Assembly: GCA_030390025.1 (NCBI GenBank)
Contig: CM059431.1
Span: forward strand, 95,048,001 to 95,112,000
Direction: 5' to 3'
Length of the DNA stretch: 64,000 nucleotides
Origin: Squalus acanthias
Taxonomy: Eukaryota
The translations under genes and the position numbers were made by a program. Each line of letters starts with the position of its first letter. Position 1 is the first letter of the stretch. The notes beneath the pieces were generated by a model. The model was not told the DNA's origin and did no database searches. It saw only the letters and a program-made list of their open reading frames with translations. Positions 13,889-27,036 of the stretch are shown piece by piece.

Positions 13889-16800
13889 GGCCACAAAATT
13901 ACCCGTCTTAGCATTACCATTTAAGGCCGATTTCAGCAGAAAGATGACGGCTGCCTCACTTCTGGCCACTTCTGGCATGGGCCGCGGCGGTCGCCATTTT
14001 GGGCAGGTAGGCAGCTGCCTGTGTGCGGCAGAAGAATTCAAATGAAGCAGATCGTGACATCAATCAATGCTGATTTGACGCATGACCTGCCATTTTGGAT
14101 GTCGCCATTCCAATCTACACCCTCTCCTAAACACAGACAGCTGACCATGCGTTCAGCTGAACTGAGGGACACCCCACCAGCGATATTTAAAGGGATCGCC
14201 AACAACTTTCAGGTAATTTACTTTTTGATTTCTACTGGCTCTGTATAATTTTGTGGAAGTGTTTGGAGCTTTCTGGAGTTGTTTAAAGTTGGTGAGGTGA
14301 CGGAGTGATGCAGCAAGTGGAGAAGGCCTTGCTTCTGAATTCAAGGATTCTGGTCAGACCACTTTCTCCCAGTCATGAGGGCTCTACTTGCAGTCCCCCT
14401 CGCGCTGCACCATGACAGATGAGAAGGAGCAGGGGCAGCAAAGAAGAGGACAAGCTGCTCGCAGAGTAAGGAGGAGGGGGGCAGGAGGGCTCTCTCCTAG
14501 CTACAATTAAGCCAGGAGCAGTGTATTCGGAGGCTCTGCTTCACCGGGGAGATGGTCACAGAACTCTGCCACCTCCTGCAACCAGACCTGCAGCCACAGA
14601 GCAGGGCGATAACAACACTGCCAGTGGCTCTTAAGGTGACCGTGACCCTCAATTTTTTTGCCACTGGATCCTTCCAGGCTAGAGCAGGCGACATAGTTAA
14701 CATCTCCCAGTTCGCCGTCCATCGCTGCATCCGAGAGGTCACAGAGGGACCTACTCCAGGAGAAGGGACTTCATTATCTTCTCTCTAAACAGAGAGAAGC
14801 AGGAGGCGCATGTGGCTTTGCCAGGATATCGGGTTTCCGCATGGTGCAGGGCGCCATTGACTGCACACACGCGGCTTTGTGGGCGCCGCATATCAATCCT
14901 GAGATGTACTGCAACTGCAAAGGCTACCACTCTCTTAATGTACAGTTGGTGTGCAGCCACGCCCAGCACATCTTGATGGTGAATGCCCGATATCCTGGCA
15001 GCAATCATGATGGCTTTATCCTGTGCCAGTCCGCTGTGCCAGCAATCTTCCACCCACCACGTCGAACCCATGGGTGGCTGCTTGGAGGCAAGGACTATCT
15101 GCTCCACACCTGGCTGATGACTCCCCTCCGGAACCCCACCACTCATGGCCAGCACTTATATAATGACAGCCATGCTGCCATGAAGAAGGCATTGAGCAGA
15201 CCAGCGGGGTGCTCAAGCAATGGTTCCACTGCCTTCAATGCTCGGGAGGAGCCCACTAGTACATGCTGGAGCGGGTGTCCCATTTCATGGTGGTCTGCTG
15301 CATTCTCCACAACTTGACCATGCGACCACGGGTTCTGGGACCACCTCAGGAGGAGAGGAGGAGGATGAAGAGGAGGAGGGGGAGGAAGAGGAAAAGGAGC
15401 AGAAGGAAGGGAGAAAGCAGGAAGCAAATTCCCGTTACGGATGGGCTGTCCATGCATGCATCATCATCATCATTCCAATAAATGAAACCCCAGTTAACCA
15501 TTGCTGAACACTTCACCACCTCACCATCCCTCAGTCACGGAACATCACAGTGTCCTCTTAGGCGCAAAGCTGAATTGAAAGCCACCACAAAGCAAACATT
15601 CCAAACATAATTTATAAATTATTATTTCCAATATTACATTACAAAGTCAACTAATCACCCTTGTGCATTCCCTTAGTGTCTGTTTTTCGTGTTTCTTTGC
15701 TTATTCTAGTGCTGCATGCAGTGCTACCCCAGTGGCTGCAGCATGGCTGATGGAAGACTGCTGACTTTCCATGGGGGTCACTGCAGATGGCCTTGCAGGA
15801 CGACCTCGAGCAGCTCCAGGCCTAGAACGCCCGGCTGTAGACTTGCAGCATTTCAGCATGGGGGGCAGCAGTCTGGGCTGGCTGGCTGACAGGCAGCAGC
15901 AAGGGCACTGGAGGAGTGGCAGAGGTGAGAGGACAAATACTGTCATCCTGAGAGAGGACAGCAGGTTCTTGCTACACGGAGCCACACCACACCCCAGGGT
16001 AGTGCCTTAGCATTCCTTGCCATCTGCTGGAGCACAGATTACTCGACTGCTGTGAGACCCTGCAAACCCCTTTCCACACTGGTAAACGCAGCCACGATGG
16101 CAACAAGCTGAATTTACATGAGACCAGTCTGAGCTTCCATTGCAGCACTCAGACGCTGGGTCACTTCCGCTTATTCTGCAATGGAAACTGAGACATTGCC
16201 CATCACACCCAGCATTATGGTTGGGTCCACAAGTGCTCTAATGGAGTTGCCCATCATTTCCAGGCTGGTAATCATGGACTCCAAGCTCTGCACAAAGCTC
16301 CGTGCAATGTTGGAGCTGGACTCCTCCATGCTCCTTGATAGTGACAAGAGGCTCTCTGGCAGGCCTGCCATTGTACCAAGCATTTCTGTGGGAATACTCG
16401 TCACCCTTCTTCTGAGGGCCGCAGCATCGATTTCCTCATCTGAGTCCTGTGCAGCAGAACTCGTGCACGAACTCACATTCCGGGGAGCTGGCACCAGAGC
16501 TACCCTTTCCCACTGGCCTGGCTGCAGCACACTTGTGTCCAGTGACTCATCATGTGCAGATCCTGCCTCTATACTACCATAGTGCCATTTTCTGAGCTGG
16601 TGCCTGGGAGTGCCAGATTGAATGATGGTGCCTCTTCTTCACTCAACTCCTCTAGTTGTTTGTGCACTGGCTGGACTGCTGGCAGTTCTTGGGTATTTGA
16701 AAGGAGAAAGCCACAAGGGTCGGGTCATGGTGAGGGGAGGGGGGGGGAAGCAAGATGTGCATGCTTACACCATCAGTGAGAAGTGAAAAGAGGTTGTGGG

Positions 16801-17872
16801 ATGAGGGGGAAGTAGGATATGAGAAGAAGGATTAGGTATGAGCATACCGTCATCATCAATGCTTTTAACGTCAAGGAGCTCTAGTAAAATTGAAGTCAAT
16901 GGGAATCAGGGGGTAAACTCTCCACTGGCTGGAGTCATACCTAGCACAAAGGAAGATGGTTGTTGTTGTTGGAGGCCAATCACATCAGCCCCCAGACTTC
17001 GCTGCAGGAGTTCCTCAGAGCAGTGTCCTAGGCCCAACCATCTTCAGTTGCTTCATCAATGACCTTCCGTCCATCATAAACTCTGAGAGGTGTTCGCTGA
17101 TGATTGGACAGTGTTCAGTTACATTTGCAACTCCTCAGATAATGAAGCAGTTCATGCCCGCATGCAGCAAGACCTGGACAACATTCAGGCTTGGGCTGAT
17201 AAGTAGCAAGTACCATTCGCATCACACACGTGTGTACCATCTACAAGATGCACTGCAGCAACTCGCCAAGGCTTCTTTGACAGCACCTCCCAAACCTGCA
17301 ACCTCTATCACCTAGAAGGACAAGGGCAGCAGGCGCATGGGAACACCACCACCTCCAAGTTCCCCTCCAAGTCACACATCATCCTGACTTGGAAATATAT
17401 CGCCGATCCTTCATAGTTGCTGGGTCAAAATTCTGGAACTCCCTCCCTAACAGTTCTGTGGGAGCACCTTCACCACACGGACTGCAGCGGTTCAAGAAGG
17501 CGGCTCACCACCACCTTCTCAAGGGCAACGAGGGATGGGCAATAAATGCTGGCCTTGTCAGCGACGCCCACATCCCAGGAACGAATAAAAAAAAATGAGG
17601 TACCTCTGCAACAAAGCATCTCCCCTTTACGAAATACCTTTCACTCTGCAGGCAAACTTTAATTGGACAGCAGACTGCACCCAATATTGGTTCCCTTGTT
17701 GAGCGCTGAGCCAACCAGCAGCACGTTTAGCGTTGGGCTCAGCGCTGCAATCATGCTAATAAGCAGGCAGCACGAATTTTGCCTGCTGCCTGCACTACTT
17801 TCAATGGACATTGGCAGATCGTTCATCACGATCCTTGCACCCGTTTTCGGGCCCAATCCAATTTCACCCCCC
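13889..17872. mobile_element. Degraded full-length Harbinger: transposase pseudogene (+, ~14375-15480) and convergent partner-gene remnant (-, ~15700-16850), with a LINE inserted at ~16870-17596
   Basis: VTELCHLLQPDLQP..ATGSFQ..SQFAVHRCI, GAIDCTH, KGYHSLNVQLVC and WLMTP in shifted frames; minus-strand ORFs 16171-16530 and 15701-15985 resemble 26314-27036; candidate termini GGCCACAAAATT (13889) and AATTTCACCCCCC|ATA (17872). Confidence 0.82.
16870..17596 (+). mobile_element. Non-LTR retrotransposon (CR1/L2-group) 3' fragment with A-rich tail
   Basis: GVPQSSVLGPTIFSCFINDLP, KFWNSLP and RFKKAAHHHLLKG motifs; ends GAATAAAAAAAAA. Confidence 0.75.
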
Positions 17873-18112
17873 ATATCTTTTCTCTCGGCAGCAGCAGTAG
17901 TTGGACATCGCAGATGGCGAAATCCTCAGAGGAGCTGGTCGCTTCTGAGGGTGCTCCATCACATCACTTACCATGCACCAGTGCAGATAATCGCACTTCG
18001 GTGGATCCAGTTAGAGAGATAGTTGGGTTTTCACCTATCTTTCCTAAATATTGAATACCCCTGGATGTTGAGTTCCCAGCCTTGGCCACCCTGGAGCCAT
18101 GTTTCTGTACTC

Positions 18113-21100
18113 CCGTGATATGCTCCTCCTGCTATATGTGGGAAATCAGGGACGCTTCCTGTGTCCCTGACGACCATGTGTGTGGGAAGTGTATCTAGCT
18201 GCAGCTACTGATAGACCGCATTGCGGCGCTGGAGCTGCAGATGGATGCATATTAGAGCATTCGCGACACTGAGAACGTCATGGATAGCACGTTTAGCAAG
18301 TTGGTCACACCGCAGGTAAAGGGTGTACAGGCAGGAAGTGAATGGGTGACCAGCCAGGCAGAGTAAGAGGTGCAGGCAGGTAGTGCAAGGGTCCCCTGTG
18401 GCCATCCCCCTCTCAAACAGATATACCACTTTGGATACTGTTGGGGGGGATGAATTATCAGGGGAAGGCAGCAGCAGCCAACTTCCTGGCACCATGGGTG
18501 GCTCTGCTGCACAGGCTGGGAGGAAAAGGTGTGGAAGAGCTATAGTGATAGGGGACTCAATTGTAAGGGGAATAGATAGGCGTTTCTGCGGCCGCAAACA
18601 AGACTCCAGGATGGTGTGTTGCCTCCCTGGTGCAAGGGTCAAGGACGTCTCGGAGCGACTACAGAACATTTTGGAGGGGGAGGGCGAACAGCCGGTTGTC
18701 GTGGTGCACACAGGCATCAACAATATAGGTAAAAAACGGGATGAGGTCCTAAAAGCAGAATATAGGGAGTTAGGAGGTAAATTAAAAAATAGGACCTCAA
18801 AGATAGTAATCTCAGGATTGCTACCAGTGCCACGTGCTAGTCAGAGTAGAAATAGGAGGATATTTCAAATGAATACGTGGCTAGAGGAATGGTGCAAGGG
18901 GGAGGGATTCAAATTCCTTGGACATTGGAACCGGTTCTGGGGGAGGTGGGACCAGTACAAACGGGACGGTCTGCACCTGGGCAGGGCCGGGACCGATGTC
19001 CTAGGGGGATTGTTTGCTAGTGCTGTTGGGGACGGTTTAAACTAAAGTGGCAGGGGGTTGGGAACCTGAGCAGGGAGACAGAGGAAAGGGAAACAAGGAT
19101 AAAAGCAAAAGACAGGAAGGAGAAAAACAAAAGTAGAAGGCAAAGAATGTTCCCGATGGTCGGAGAGTCCAGAACCAGGGGTCATAATCTAAGGATAAGG
19201 GGTAAGCTATTTAGGACAGAAATGAGGAAGAATTTCTTCACCCAGAGAGTGGTGAACCTGTGGAATTCTCTACCACAGAAGGTAGTTGAGGCCAAGTCAT
19301 TAAATATATTTAAGAATGAGTTCGATATATTTCTTAAAGCTAAAGGTATCAAGGGATATGGGGAGAAGGCAGGTACAGGGTACTGAGTTTGGATGATCAG
19401 CCATGATCTCATCGAATGGTGGAGCAGGCTCGAGGGGCCGAATGGACTACTCCTGCTCCTATCTTCTATGTTTCTATGTTTCTAACTCAACGATTTAAAT
19501 CAAACATGGTCACAGTAAATAATAATTCATATAGGTCTGAGAGCGTTAAAAAACAAGCCTGAAGGCTTTGTGTCTTAATGCAAGGAGCATTCGGAACAAG
19601 GTGGATGAATTAGCTGCGCAAATAGAGGTAAATGAATACGATTTGATTGGGATTACAGAAACATGGCTCCAGGGTAGCCAAGGCTGGGAACTCAACATCT
19701 AGGGCTATTCAATATTTAGGAAAGATAGGCAAAAAAGAAAGGGAGGTGGGGTAGCATTGCTGGTTAAAGAGGGGATTAACACAATTGAAAGGAAGTATAT
19801 TAGCCCTGATGATGCGGAATCTGTATGGGTAGAACTGAGAAATAACAAGGGGCAGAAAATGTTAGTGGGAGTGGTATATAGACCTCCAAACAGTAATACG
19901 GAGGTTGGGGACGGCATTAAAAGGGAAATTAGAGAAGCATGCAGTAAGGGCACAGCAGTCATCATGGGTGACTTTAATTTGCATATAGATTGGGCTAACC
20001 AAATTAGTAAAAATACTGTGGAGGAGGAATTCCTAGAATGTTTACGGAATGGTTTTCTGGAACAATATGTCGAGGAACCAACCAGAGATCAGGCCATCTT
20101 AGACTGGGTATTATGTAACGAGAAAGGATTAATTAGCAATCTTGTTGTACGAGGCCCCTTGGGTCAGAGTGATCATAATATGATAGAATTCTTCATTAGG
20201 ACGGAGAGTAAAGTAGTTGAATCAGAGACTAGAGTCCTGAATTTAAATAAAGGAAACTACGATGGTATGAGGCGCAAATTTGGTAGGATTGATTGGGGAA
20301 TGTCACTCAAAGGGTTGACGGTGGATAGGCAATGGCAAACATTCAAAGACTGCATGGATGAACTACAGAATTTGTTCATCCCAGTGTGGCATAAGAATAA
20401 AACAAAAAGAATGACTCAACCGTGGCTAACAAGGGAAATTAGGGATAGCATAAGATCCAAGGAGAGGGCATATAAATTGGCCAGAAAAAGCGGTAACAAT
20501 GAGGATTGGGAGCAGTTTCGGATTCAACAAAGGAGGACAAAGGGATTAATTAAGAAGTGGAAAATAGAATATGAAAGTAAGCTTGCTGGGAACATAAAAA
20601 CTGACTGTAAGAGCTTTTATAGATATGTGAAGAGAAAAAGATTAGTGAAATCAAGTGTAGGTCCCTTGCAGTCAGAAGCGAGGGAAGTTATAATGGGAAA
20701 CAAAGAAATGGCAGACCAATTAAATGCATATTTTGGTTCTGTCTTCACAAAGGAGGACACAAATAACCTCCCAGAGATGCTGGAGAACATACGGTCTGAT
20801 GAAAGGGAGGAACTGAAAGAAATCAGTATTTGCAGGGAAATGGTGTTAGGGAAATTGACGGGATTGATAAATCCCCAGGGCCTGATAATCTACATCCTAG
20901 GGTACTTAAGGAAGTGGCCCTAGAAATAGTAGATGCATTGCTGATCATCTTCCAACATTCGATGGAATCTGGAACTGTACCCATGGATTGGAGGGTAGCT
21001 AATGTTACCACACTATTCAAAAAGGGTGGTAGAGAGAAAGCGGGGAATAAGCCTGACATCGGTAGTGGGGAAAATGCTAGAGTCCATTATAAAGGATGTA

Positions 21101-22430
21101 ATAGCTGAGCACTTGAAAAACAGTGACAGGATCGGACAAAGGCAACATGGATTTACAAAAGGTAAATCGTGCTTGACTAATCTACTGGAATTTTTTGAGG
21201 ATGTAACTAGGAAAATAGATAAGGGAGAACCAGTAGATGTGGTGTATTTTGACTTTTAAAAGGCTTTCGATAAGGTCCCGCATAAGAGATTAGCGTGTAA
21301 GGTTAAGGCACATGGGATTGGGGGCAAGGTATTGACTTGGATAGAGAACTGGTTGGCGGACAGAAAGCAGAGAGTAGGAATTAATGGGTCTTTTTCTGAG
21401 TGGCAGGCAGTGACTAGTGGGGTACCGCAGGGATCGGTCCTTGGACCCCAGCTATTCACAATATACATTAATGATCTAGATAAGGGAACTAAATGTAATA
21501 TCTCCAAGTTTGCAGATGACACAAAGCTGGGTGGGCGTGTGTGCTGTGAGGAGGTTACCGAGAAACTCCAGGATGATTTGGACAGGTTGGGTGAGTGGGC
21601 AGAAGCGTGGCAGATGCAATATAACGTGGATAAATGCGAGGTTATCCACTTCAGTGTCAAAAACAGAAAGGCAGACTATTATCTGAATGGCAATAGATTG
21701 GGAGAAGGGGAAGTGCAACGACACCTAGGTGTCCTTGTGCCCCAGTCGCTGAAGGTAAGCATGCAGGTGCAGCAGGCGGTGAAGAAGGCAAATGGTATGT
21801 TGGCCTTCATAGCGAAAGGGTTTGAGTATAGGAACAGGGATGTCCTGCTGCAGTTGTACAGGGCCTTGGTGAGACCACACCTTGAGTACTGTGTGCAGTT
21901 TTGGTTGCCTTATCTGAGGAAGGATGTTCTTGCCATGGAAGGAGTTCAGCGAAGATTCACAAGGCTGATACCTGGGATGGCAGGAATGACATATGAGGAG
22001 AGATTGGGTCGATTGGGCTTATACTCGCTGGAGAATAGAATAATGAGAGGGGATCTCATCAAAACATATAAAATTCTGACAGGTCTGGACAAACTAGATG
22101 CAGGAAGAATGTTCCCGATGGTCGGAGAGTCCAGAACCAGGGGTCATAATCTAAGGATAAGGAGTAAGCCATTTAGGACAGAAACGAGGAAGAATTTCTT
22201 CACCCAGAGAGTGGTGAACCTGTGGAATTCTCTACCACAGAAGGTAGTTGAGGCCAAGTCATTAAATATATTCAAGAATGAGTTAGATATATTTCTTAAA
22301 GCTAAAGGTATCAAGGGATATGGGGAGAAGGCAGGTACAGGGTACTGAGTTTGGATGATCAGCCATGATCTCATCGAATGGCGGAGCAGGCTCGAGGGGC
22401 CGAATGGCCTACTCCTGCTCCTATCTTCTA
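18113..22430 (+). mobile_element. Near full-length CR1 LINE: ORF1 (Cys-rich N-terminus, SGNH/GDSL esterase) and ORF2 (EN-RT) with a few stops and frameshifts
   Basis: ORF1 CSSC..CGKC at 18120-18195, GDSIVRG, GINNI and DGLHL in ORF 18383-19045; ORF2 pieces 19757-20923, 20830-21259 and 21332-22348; CR1 3'UTR at 22349-22430. Confidence 0.93.
19147..19483 (+). mobile_element. Short same-family CR1 3' end inserted in the ORF1-ORF2 spacer of the host CR1
   Basis: Nearly identical to 22109-22430 and carries a full (CTATGTTT)n tail; the flanks rejoin to match the uninterrupted spacer of the CR1 at 47130-47260. Confidence 0.88.
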
Positions 22431-22519
22431 TTTTTCCAGTTGCTCCGAGATATCCTTTACCATTGCACCAGGTAGGCAACACACCCTCCTGGACTCTCGG
22501 TCGCGTCTGCAGACAAACA

Positions 22520-22935
22520 CTTACATCTCATTCCCTAGTGACAGAGCGAGGCAGGGTGAAGGAGCGCAAGGTTTTGCCCATATGACAAGCTTTCGCATGG
22601 TGCTGGATGACATTGACTGCATACACATCGCCTTGTGTGTTCTCCATGACCAGCATGAAATTTTTATGAATCCAAAGGGATTCAACTCCCTCATCCTGCA
22701 GTTCTGTACTCGCAATCCCAGCAACACTCACAACTCTTTCATTGTGTGCCAATCTTCAGTGCCACCTTCATTCCAACTAGGCCACCTTTACAGGCTGGCT
22801 ATTAGGTGACAAGGGCTATCCCTGCCAGACATAGCTCATGACTCCAGTTAGGAACCCACGCACAGAGGCTTAGCAGGCCTACAGCAGACCGCCATGCTGC
22901 CACAAGGAACATCATTGAGCAAACGATCAAGGACT
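22520..22935 (+). pseudogene. Degraded Harbinger transposase fragment
   Basis: DDIDCIHIAL, KGFNSL, WLLGDKGYP, LMTPVRNP and HAATRNIIEQTI motifs across shifted frames. Confidence 0.75.
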
Positions 22936-23759
22936 GGAACACACTAAAGTTAATGTAAGCAAAAAAACAGTATCACAAAAATTAATGGCACTAAAGACTG
23001 ACAAATCCCCAGGACCCGATGGTTTCCACTGCGGGGTTTTAAATGAAATAGGTCAGCAAATTGCATATGCTTTAGCCATAATCTTCCAAAGCTCTCTCCC
23101 TGCTTCAGCCATTTCAATTGCAAGTAGTAGTACAACAAGTCTTGCAGCCAAAATCCATTTCTCCTTTAAAAGCTGCCTGTAAGTAGCTTTGTGGCCTCCC
23201 AATATCTGGCCCCCCAAGCCAATGAACGGTAGCGCTGGCTGCATGCTCAATGATTTCAATAAGCAGGCAGCATGGATCTTATGTGCTGCCTGATTTGCTC
23301 TCAACTGCCTTGGGTAATCTTCCAACTCAAACTCCCCCCATGCATGTTTCCACACGCTCCCGAATTTCAAGGCCAATGAAATTTAGCATTGTCATTGTGA
23401 TTTTGTATCAATCGGTTTTATATTTAATCCCATAATCTGAATTAATAAAGGCTGAAATATAACCGTGAATAAGAATGCATTGAAATAAGGCAATGGTGAC
23501 TGCACAGCTTAGTAAAGCACTAACCAAATATAGCATGCATAAGCTGCAATAATAACTTTTCCCAGCTACAATGATAACTTTTTCCTACATAATCCCAACA
23601 GTTCTATCCTATTTTTCCTGTCTGTTGGGAAATAAATTGAGACTGCCAGAAACTATTTGACTTTACAGATTTAAAAGATGAGATTCCCTTTTGTCTTCTT
23701 CCATTCCCAGCCGTATTCCATCTCAAATGAATCCTCCAGAGTTTGAAGAATTGTGTATT

Positions 23760-24360
23760 TCATAGAATCATAGAATCATTCAACACAGGAGACTATTCAG
23801 CCCATCATGCTGTGCTGGCTCTCTGAAAGAGGTACTAATTAGTCCCACTCTCTTGCTCTTTCCCTATAGCCCTGCACATTTTTCCTTTTTAAGTATTTAT
23901 CCAATTCCCTTTTGAAAGTTACGATTGAATCTGCTTCCAGCACCCTTTCAGGCAATGCATACCAGATCATAACAACTCGCTGAGTAAAAAAAAAATCTTT
24001 TCATTTCCGCCCTGGCTTTTTTGGCAATAAGCAATTTTGGCAATTTTTGTGTCCTCTGGTTACCAATCCTCCTGCCAGTGGAAATAGTTTCGCCCTATCT
24101 ACTCTATCAAAAGCCCTCATAATTTTGAACACTACTATTTAATCTCCCCATAACCTTCTCTATTCTAAGGAGAACAATCCCAGCTTCTCTAGTCTGTCCA
24201 CGTAACTGAATTCCCTTTTCCCTGATGCTAGTCTTGTAAATCTCCTTTGCAACCTCTCCAAAGCCTTGACATCCTTTTTAAAGTGTGGTGCCCAGAACTG
24301 GACACAATACTCTAGCTGAGGTCTAACCAGTGATTTGTAAAGGTTTGCCATAAATTCCTT
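23760..24360 (-). mobile_element. CR1 3' part; its 5' continuation lies at 31451-31865
   Basis: (ATGATTCT)n tail at 23760-23780; LVRPQLEYCVQFW; 31451-31865 encodes the preceding KFVDDTK...ILGCINR segment. Confidence 0.85.
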
Positions 24361-25106
24361 GATAGGGCTGAATTTTGCCAGTGCTCAGAGTGCAGGTTTG
24401 AAAGTAGGAAACCCGCTGCCAACCCGCCTGCATGCAAGTCTCCCAGGTGTTGGGTCTGTCTGCGCAGAACTGACCCGACACCAAGCGGCGAGGGAGACAA
24501 TTGAGCTCATTAAATGGCTTGTTACAAGCCAATTTAATGCTATTTTGAGCATGCCTTGTAATTTTACGTGCTCCCCCATGGGTTACCCGCTGCTCGGGGA
24601 ACACGCCAGCTCACCCTGGCATGAGTTGAGTCTGCTTTGATTTATCTGATAACCCGACAGCTGCAGAAGTGGTATAAAGGATACCATGTTGCAGCTGTTC
24701 AGTTTCAGAGCTCAGAAACTGTTGGTTACTGAATTTGTAAGACATATAGGGGTAGAAATTAGGTCGCGCCCCATTTGGGGCGCAAATATCGTCCGGACGC
24801 AAATATTAGCGCCTGGCGCTAATTATCGGCACTGACAGGAAACTTCACTTTTACCGCCCCGGGAGGTGAGTGGAGCGCTAAAGCAGGCGCTGCACACCTG
24901 TCTTAAGGCGCAAAGGCCAAGGAGTGAGGCGCTAACTCAGTGCACGAGCGCAGCGCAGCTGCTGCCAGTTAGCGAGGGAACACAGACACACTGGCGCCGG
25001 CCACTTCTTAAAGCGGGGGGGGGCCACTTGCTCCCCAGCCACACCCTGCTCATTGCAGCCTTGAATCTCAGCCTGGAGAGACCTGTAATCCATTTTGCTG
25101 CCAAGC

Positions 25107-27036
25107 ATGGAGAGGGTGAGAGAACGCGCTCATCGCTTCACCGAGCGGGCCTTGGATGCTCTGGTTGACGCAGTGGAGCGCAGACGATGTATGCTGTTCC
25201 CTGAGAGTGGCAGGAGGCCTTTGCCACGCGAGTTCAGAAGAGTGTGGAGGGAGGTGGCTCAGAGCGTCTCCTCCAGGAGCATGGTGCCCAGGACCCATGT
25301 TCAATGCCGCAAAAAGTTCAACGACCTCACTCGGGTCGTCAGGGTGAGTGGCTTTTTCTCAATACCTCTCCATCCCTCCATCTCAACCTCACTCTATGGC
25401 CAGAGGGTCTTAAAACCCCAATGCACAACACTCATCCAACACCTATGGCCCTTTCATGAAACACACACACACATTCTACACTTTGCATACAGTAAGGGCT
25501 ATTCACCTATGGGAGGCACATCAGGCAAGACCATGGCTGTATATTGTAAGGGCTATTCACCTATGGGAGGCACATCAGGCAAGACTATGGCTGTATATTG
25601 TAAGGGCTATTCACCTATGGGAGGCACATCAGGCAAGACCATGGCTGTATATTGTAAGGGCTATTCACCTATGGGAGGCACATCAGGCAAGACCATGGCT
25701 GTATATTTACTCAGATGCTGTCCTTTTTCTTGCAGGCTAAGCTGGCTCATAATCGGAGACAGCAGCAACGGACAGGTGGAGGGCGGCTTCAGCTGCAACC
25801 CCTCAGCGATCTGGAGGAGCGCGTCCACAGGATTGTGGCAAGCCGGGTGATCGGTCCCATCGCCACTGGAGACGCCGACCCCGTTGTGGACAGCAATGGT
25901 AAGGTCATCACCTTTTTGTCCTCTGTCCTTCCACTTGTCCCTCACAATACCAGCCTTTGACACTTTCAATCCAACTTGCTAACTCGCTGCACTTATTCCT
26001 CCCTTACTGCCACCCTGTCCTCACGCTAAAGCCACTCTTGTACCTCCCTGCTTTCAGATGGTGATTCACCAGCTGAGGAGACGGGCCCTGAAGCTGCCAC
26101 TGGGAGTGATGCTGCAGCCGAGGAGGAAGAGGAAGCCGGAGCATCAGTGCCACCCTCTCCCGAGGAAGCCCATGCCCACACTGGGAACACGCCTTCCCCG
26201 GAGGGGAGCAGGGGGGAAGGGTCTGATGATGGTGAAGCTCCAAGACCCAGCGGGCTGCAGCAACGCCATGGGGGGGTAGGGAAGAACGGGGGCCTTCTCC
26301 CCAGAGGGAGAGTATGCCAGACACTCCTACTGCAATGGACGCAGAGGAGGAGCGGCTGATTGCAGAAATGAACACCCAGGCGGTGGGCATGCACACTGAG
26401 CTCATGGGTGCAGTGGGAAGGGTGCCCGAATGCATTGAGTCACTGGCAAGGAGTGTGGAGCACTTCGCTGTAGCACAGGCGGATGCCACACTAACGCTTA
26501 GTGCTGCAATTCAGTCACTGGCTGCCGTGATCCCACCTCTGACTGCTCTCATACAGACTCAGATTGAGGCCACGCGAGCACAGACTGCTGCCAACCTCGA
26601 TGGTTCGTGCACATGTCCCCGGGGCTGTCACCGCACCGCAGCAGGCCAGCAATCTGTTCTCCGGCAGATTGCTCCGGATGCTGAAGTGCTGCCCCGTGGG
26701 AGTGCCAGTGTGTCGGGCGAGCAGGGAGTTGCTGGCCTCTCTCACGATGACAGCATTCCTGCTGCCAACACTGTCACTTCTCCACTGCACTTGCCACCGC
26801 CTGTAGGACAGACTGCTGCCGCCCATGCAGAGTTGGTGCAGTCTGCAGCCGGGCCCTCCAGGCCCAGAAGTGGTCGAGGCCGTCCTTCAGGGGCATCTGC
26901 AGTGTCAGGGTCTGACGAGCAGCAGCCTTCCACCAGCCTTGCTGCAGCCACTGAGGTCCCATTACGGAGGAGCAGTAGGGTTAGAAGGGGGGAAGTGCGC
27001 AAGGGAAGGAGATCACCCTCGAAGGGCAAAAAGTAG
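25107..27036 (+). CDS. Harbinger Myb/SANT-like DNA-binding partner protein; predicted exons 25107-25343, 25736-25898 and 26058-27036, with one apparent 1-nt frameshift, probably in the G7 run at 26270-26276
   Basis: Exon 1 MERVRERAHRFTERALDALVDAVERRRCMLFP..VWREVAQSVS..QCRKKFNDL; donors AGG|GTGAGT and ATG|GTAAGG, acceptors TTGCAG| and TTTCAG| with compatible phases; the C-terminal helical region (ORF 26314-27036) is homologous to 15701-16530. Confidence 0.8.
25492..25707. repeat. 54-bp tandem repeat x4 in intron 1 of the Myb gene
   Basis: Unit GTAAGGGCTATTCACCTATGGGAGGCACATCAGGCAAGACCATGGCTGTATATT; one substitution among four copies. Confidence 0.95.

Noticed and set aside
18383..19045. Host SGNH esterase gene
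   Set aside because: It is ORF1 of the CR1, directly upstream of ORF2, with stops in its 5' part.
25095..25850. 251-aa ORF as a single-exon protein
   Set aside because: It reads through a canonical GT-AG intron containing the 54-bp VNTR; the spliced model fits the other copies better.
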